In this document: in pieces, positions 32,592 through 32,661 of the stretch
Position numbering within the stretch: the stretch's first letter is position 1
Layout of the letters: every line of letters starts with the position of its first letter
Origin: a virus
Taxonomy: Duplodnaviria; Heunggongvirae; Uroviricota; Caudoviricetes
Virus record (IMG/VR): IMGVR_UViG_3300048593_000385
Length of the DNA: 32,661 nucleotides
Direction: 5' to 3' (one strand)
Position numbers and translations under genes: made by a program
The notes under the pieces: model-generated
Database searches by the model: none
Seen by the model: the letters and a program-made list of their open reading frames with translations, nothing else
Told to the model about the DNA's origin: nothing

Positions 32592-32661
32592 TTATAAAAC
32601 AAAATTGCTTGGCAGGTCATCATCGGAAGATTTCTTTTTAACAGGCATCTTTCTTGTGAAT
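32592..32661 (-). CDS. C-terminal fragment of an upstream gene, probably portal gp20 by synteny
   Basis: Open frame ...FTRKMPVKKKSSDDDLPSNFVL*; identity rests on position only. Confidence 0.35.
   Translation of the reverse strand, partial: FTRKMPVKKKSSDDDLPSNFVL

Noticed and set aside
1-32661. tRNA/rRNA genes or an alternative genetic code
   Set aside because: No cloverleaf recognised in the short intergenic gaps; core genes translate full-length in the standard code and all three stop codons are used.

Overview
This window is part of a large T4-like (Tevenvirinae-superfamily-type) myophage genome, transcribed almost entirely on the - strand. Read right to left it holds the head genes (probable gp20 end, core proteins, gp21, gp22, gp23), then gp3, uvsY, uvsW, gp55, gp47, gp46, peptide deformylase, a vWA protein, a GT-A protein, gp45, gp44, gp62 and regA. 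An accessory block follows, then gp43, uvsX, gp41 and a region of small hypervariable genes driven by repeated sigma70 promoters. An alphaproteobacterial host is inferred only weakly (ROSE-like leader, IbpA-type Hsp20, exported EF-hand protein). The main candidate system lies in the regA-gp43 block: a TET/JBP-family 2OG-Fe(II) dioxygenase next to a GT-A glycosyltransferase, with a MazG-like NTP pyrophosphatase upstream. Both modifying enzymes end in the same sliding-clamp-binding motif as gp43 and gp55 (LENFF / LDSFFG vs LDDFFA / LENFIED), suggesting clamp-tethered, replication-coupled base hypermodification (base-J-like or glyco-hmC). Other highlights: near-total CCGG depletion (one site by eye); late-promoter enzymes with T4 internal-protein-like capsid-targeting N-termini (nucleotidyltransferase, HAD phosphatase); an inverted lysis cassette with a dual-catalytic M15+GH19 endolysin and an EF-hand gene; a ROSE-like leader in front of an EF-hand gene rather than hsp20; an exported NucA-type nuclease; and several perfect palindromes. 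All family calls come from motif recognition and synteny; no database searches were run.
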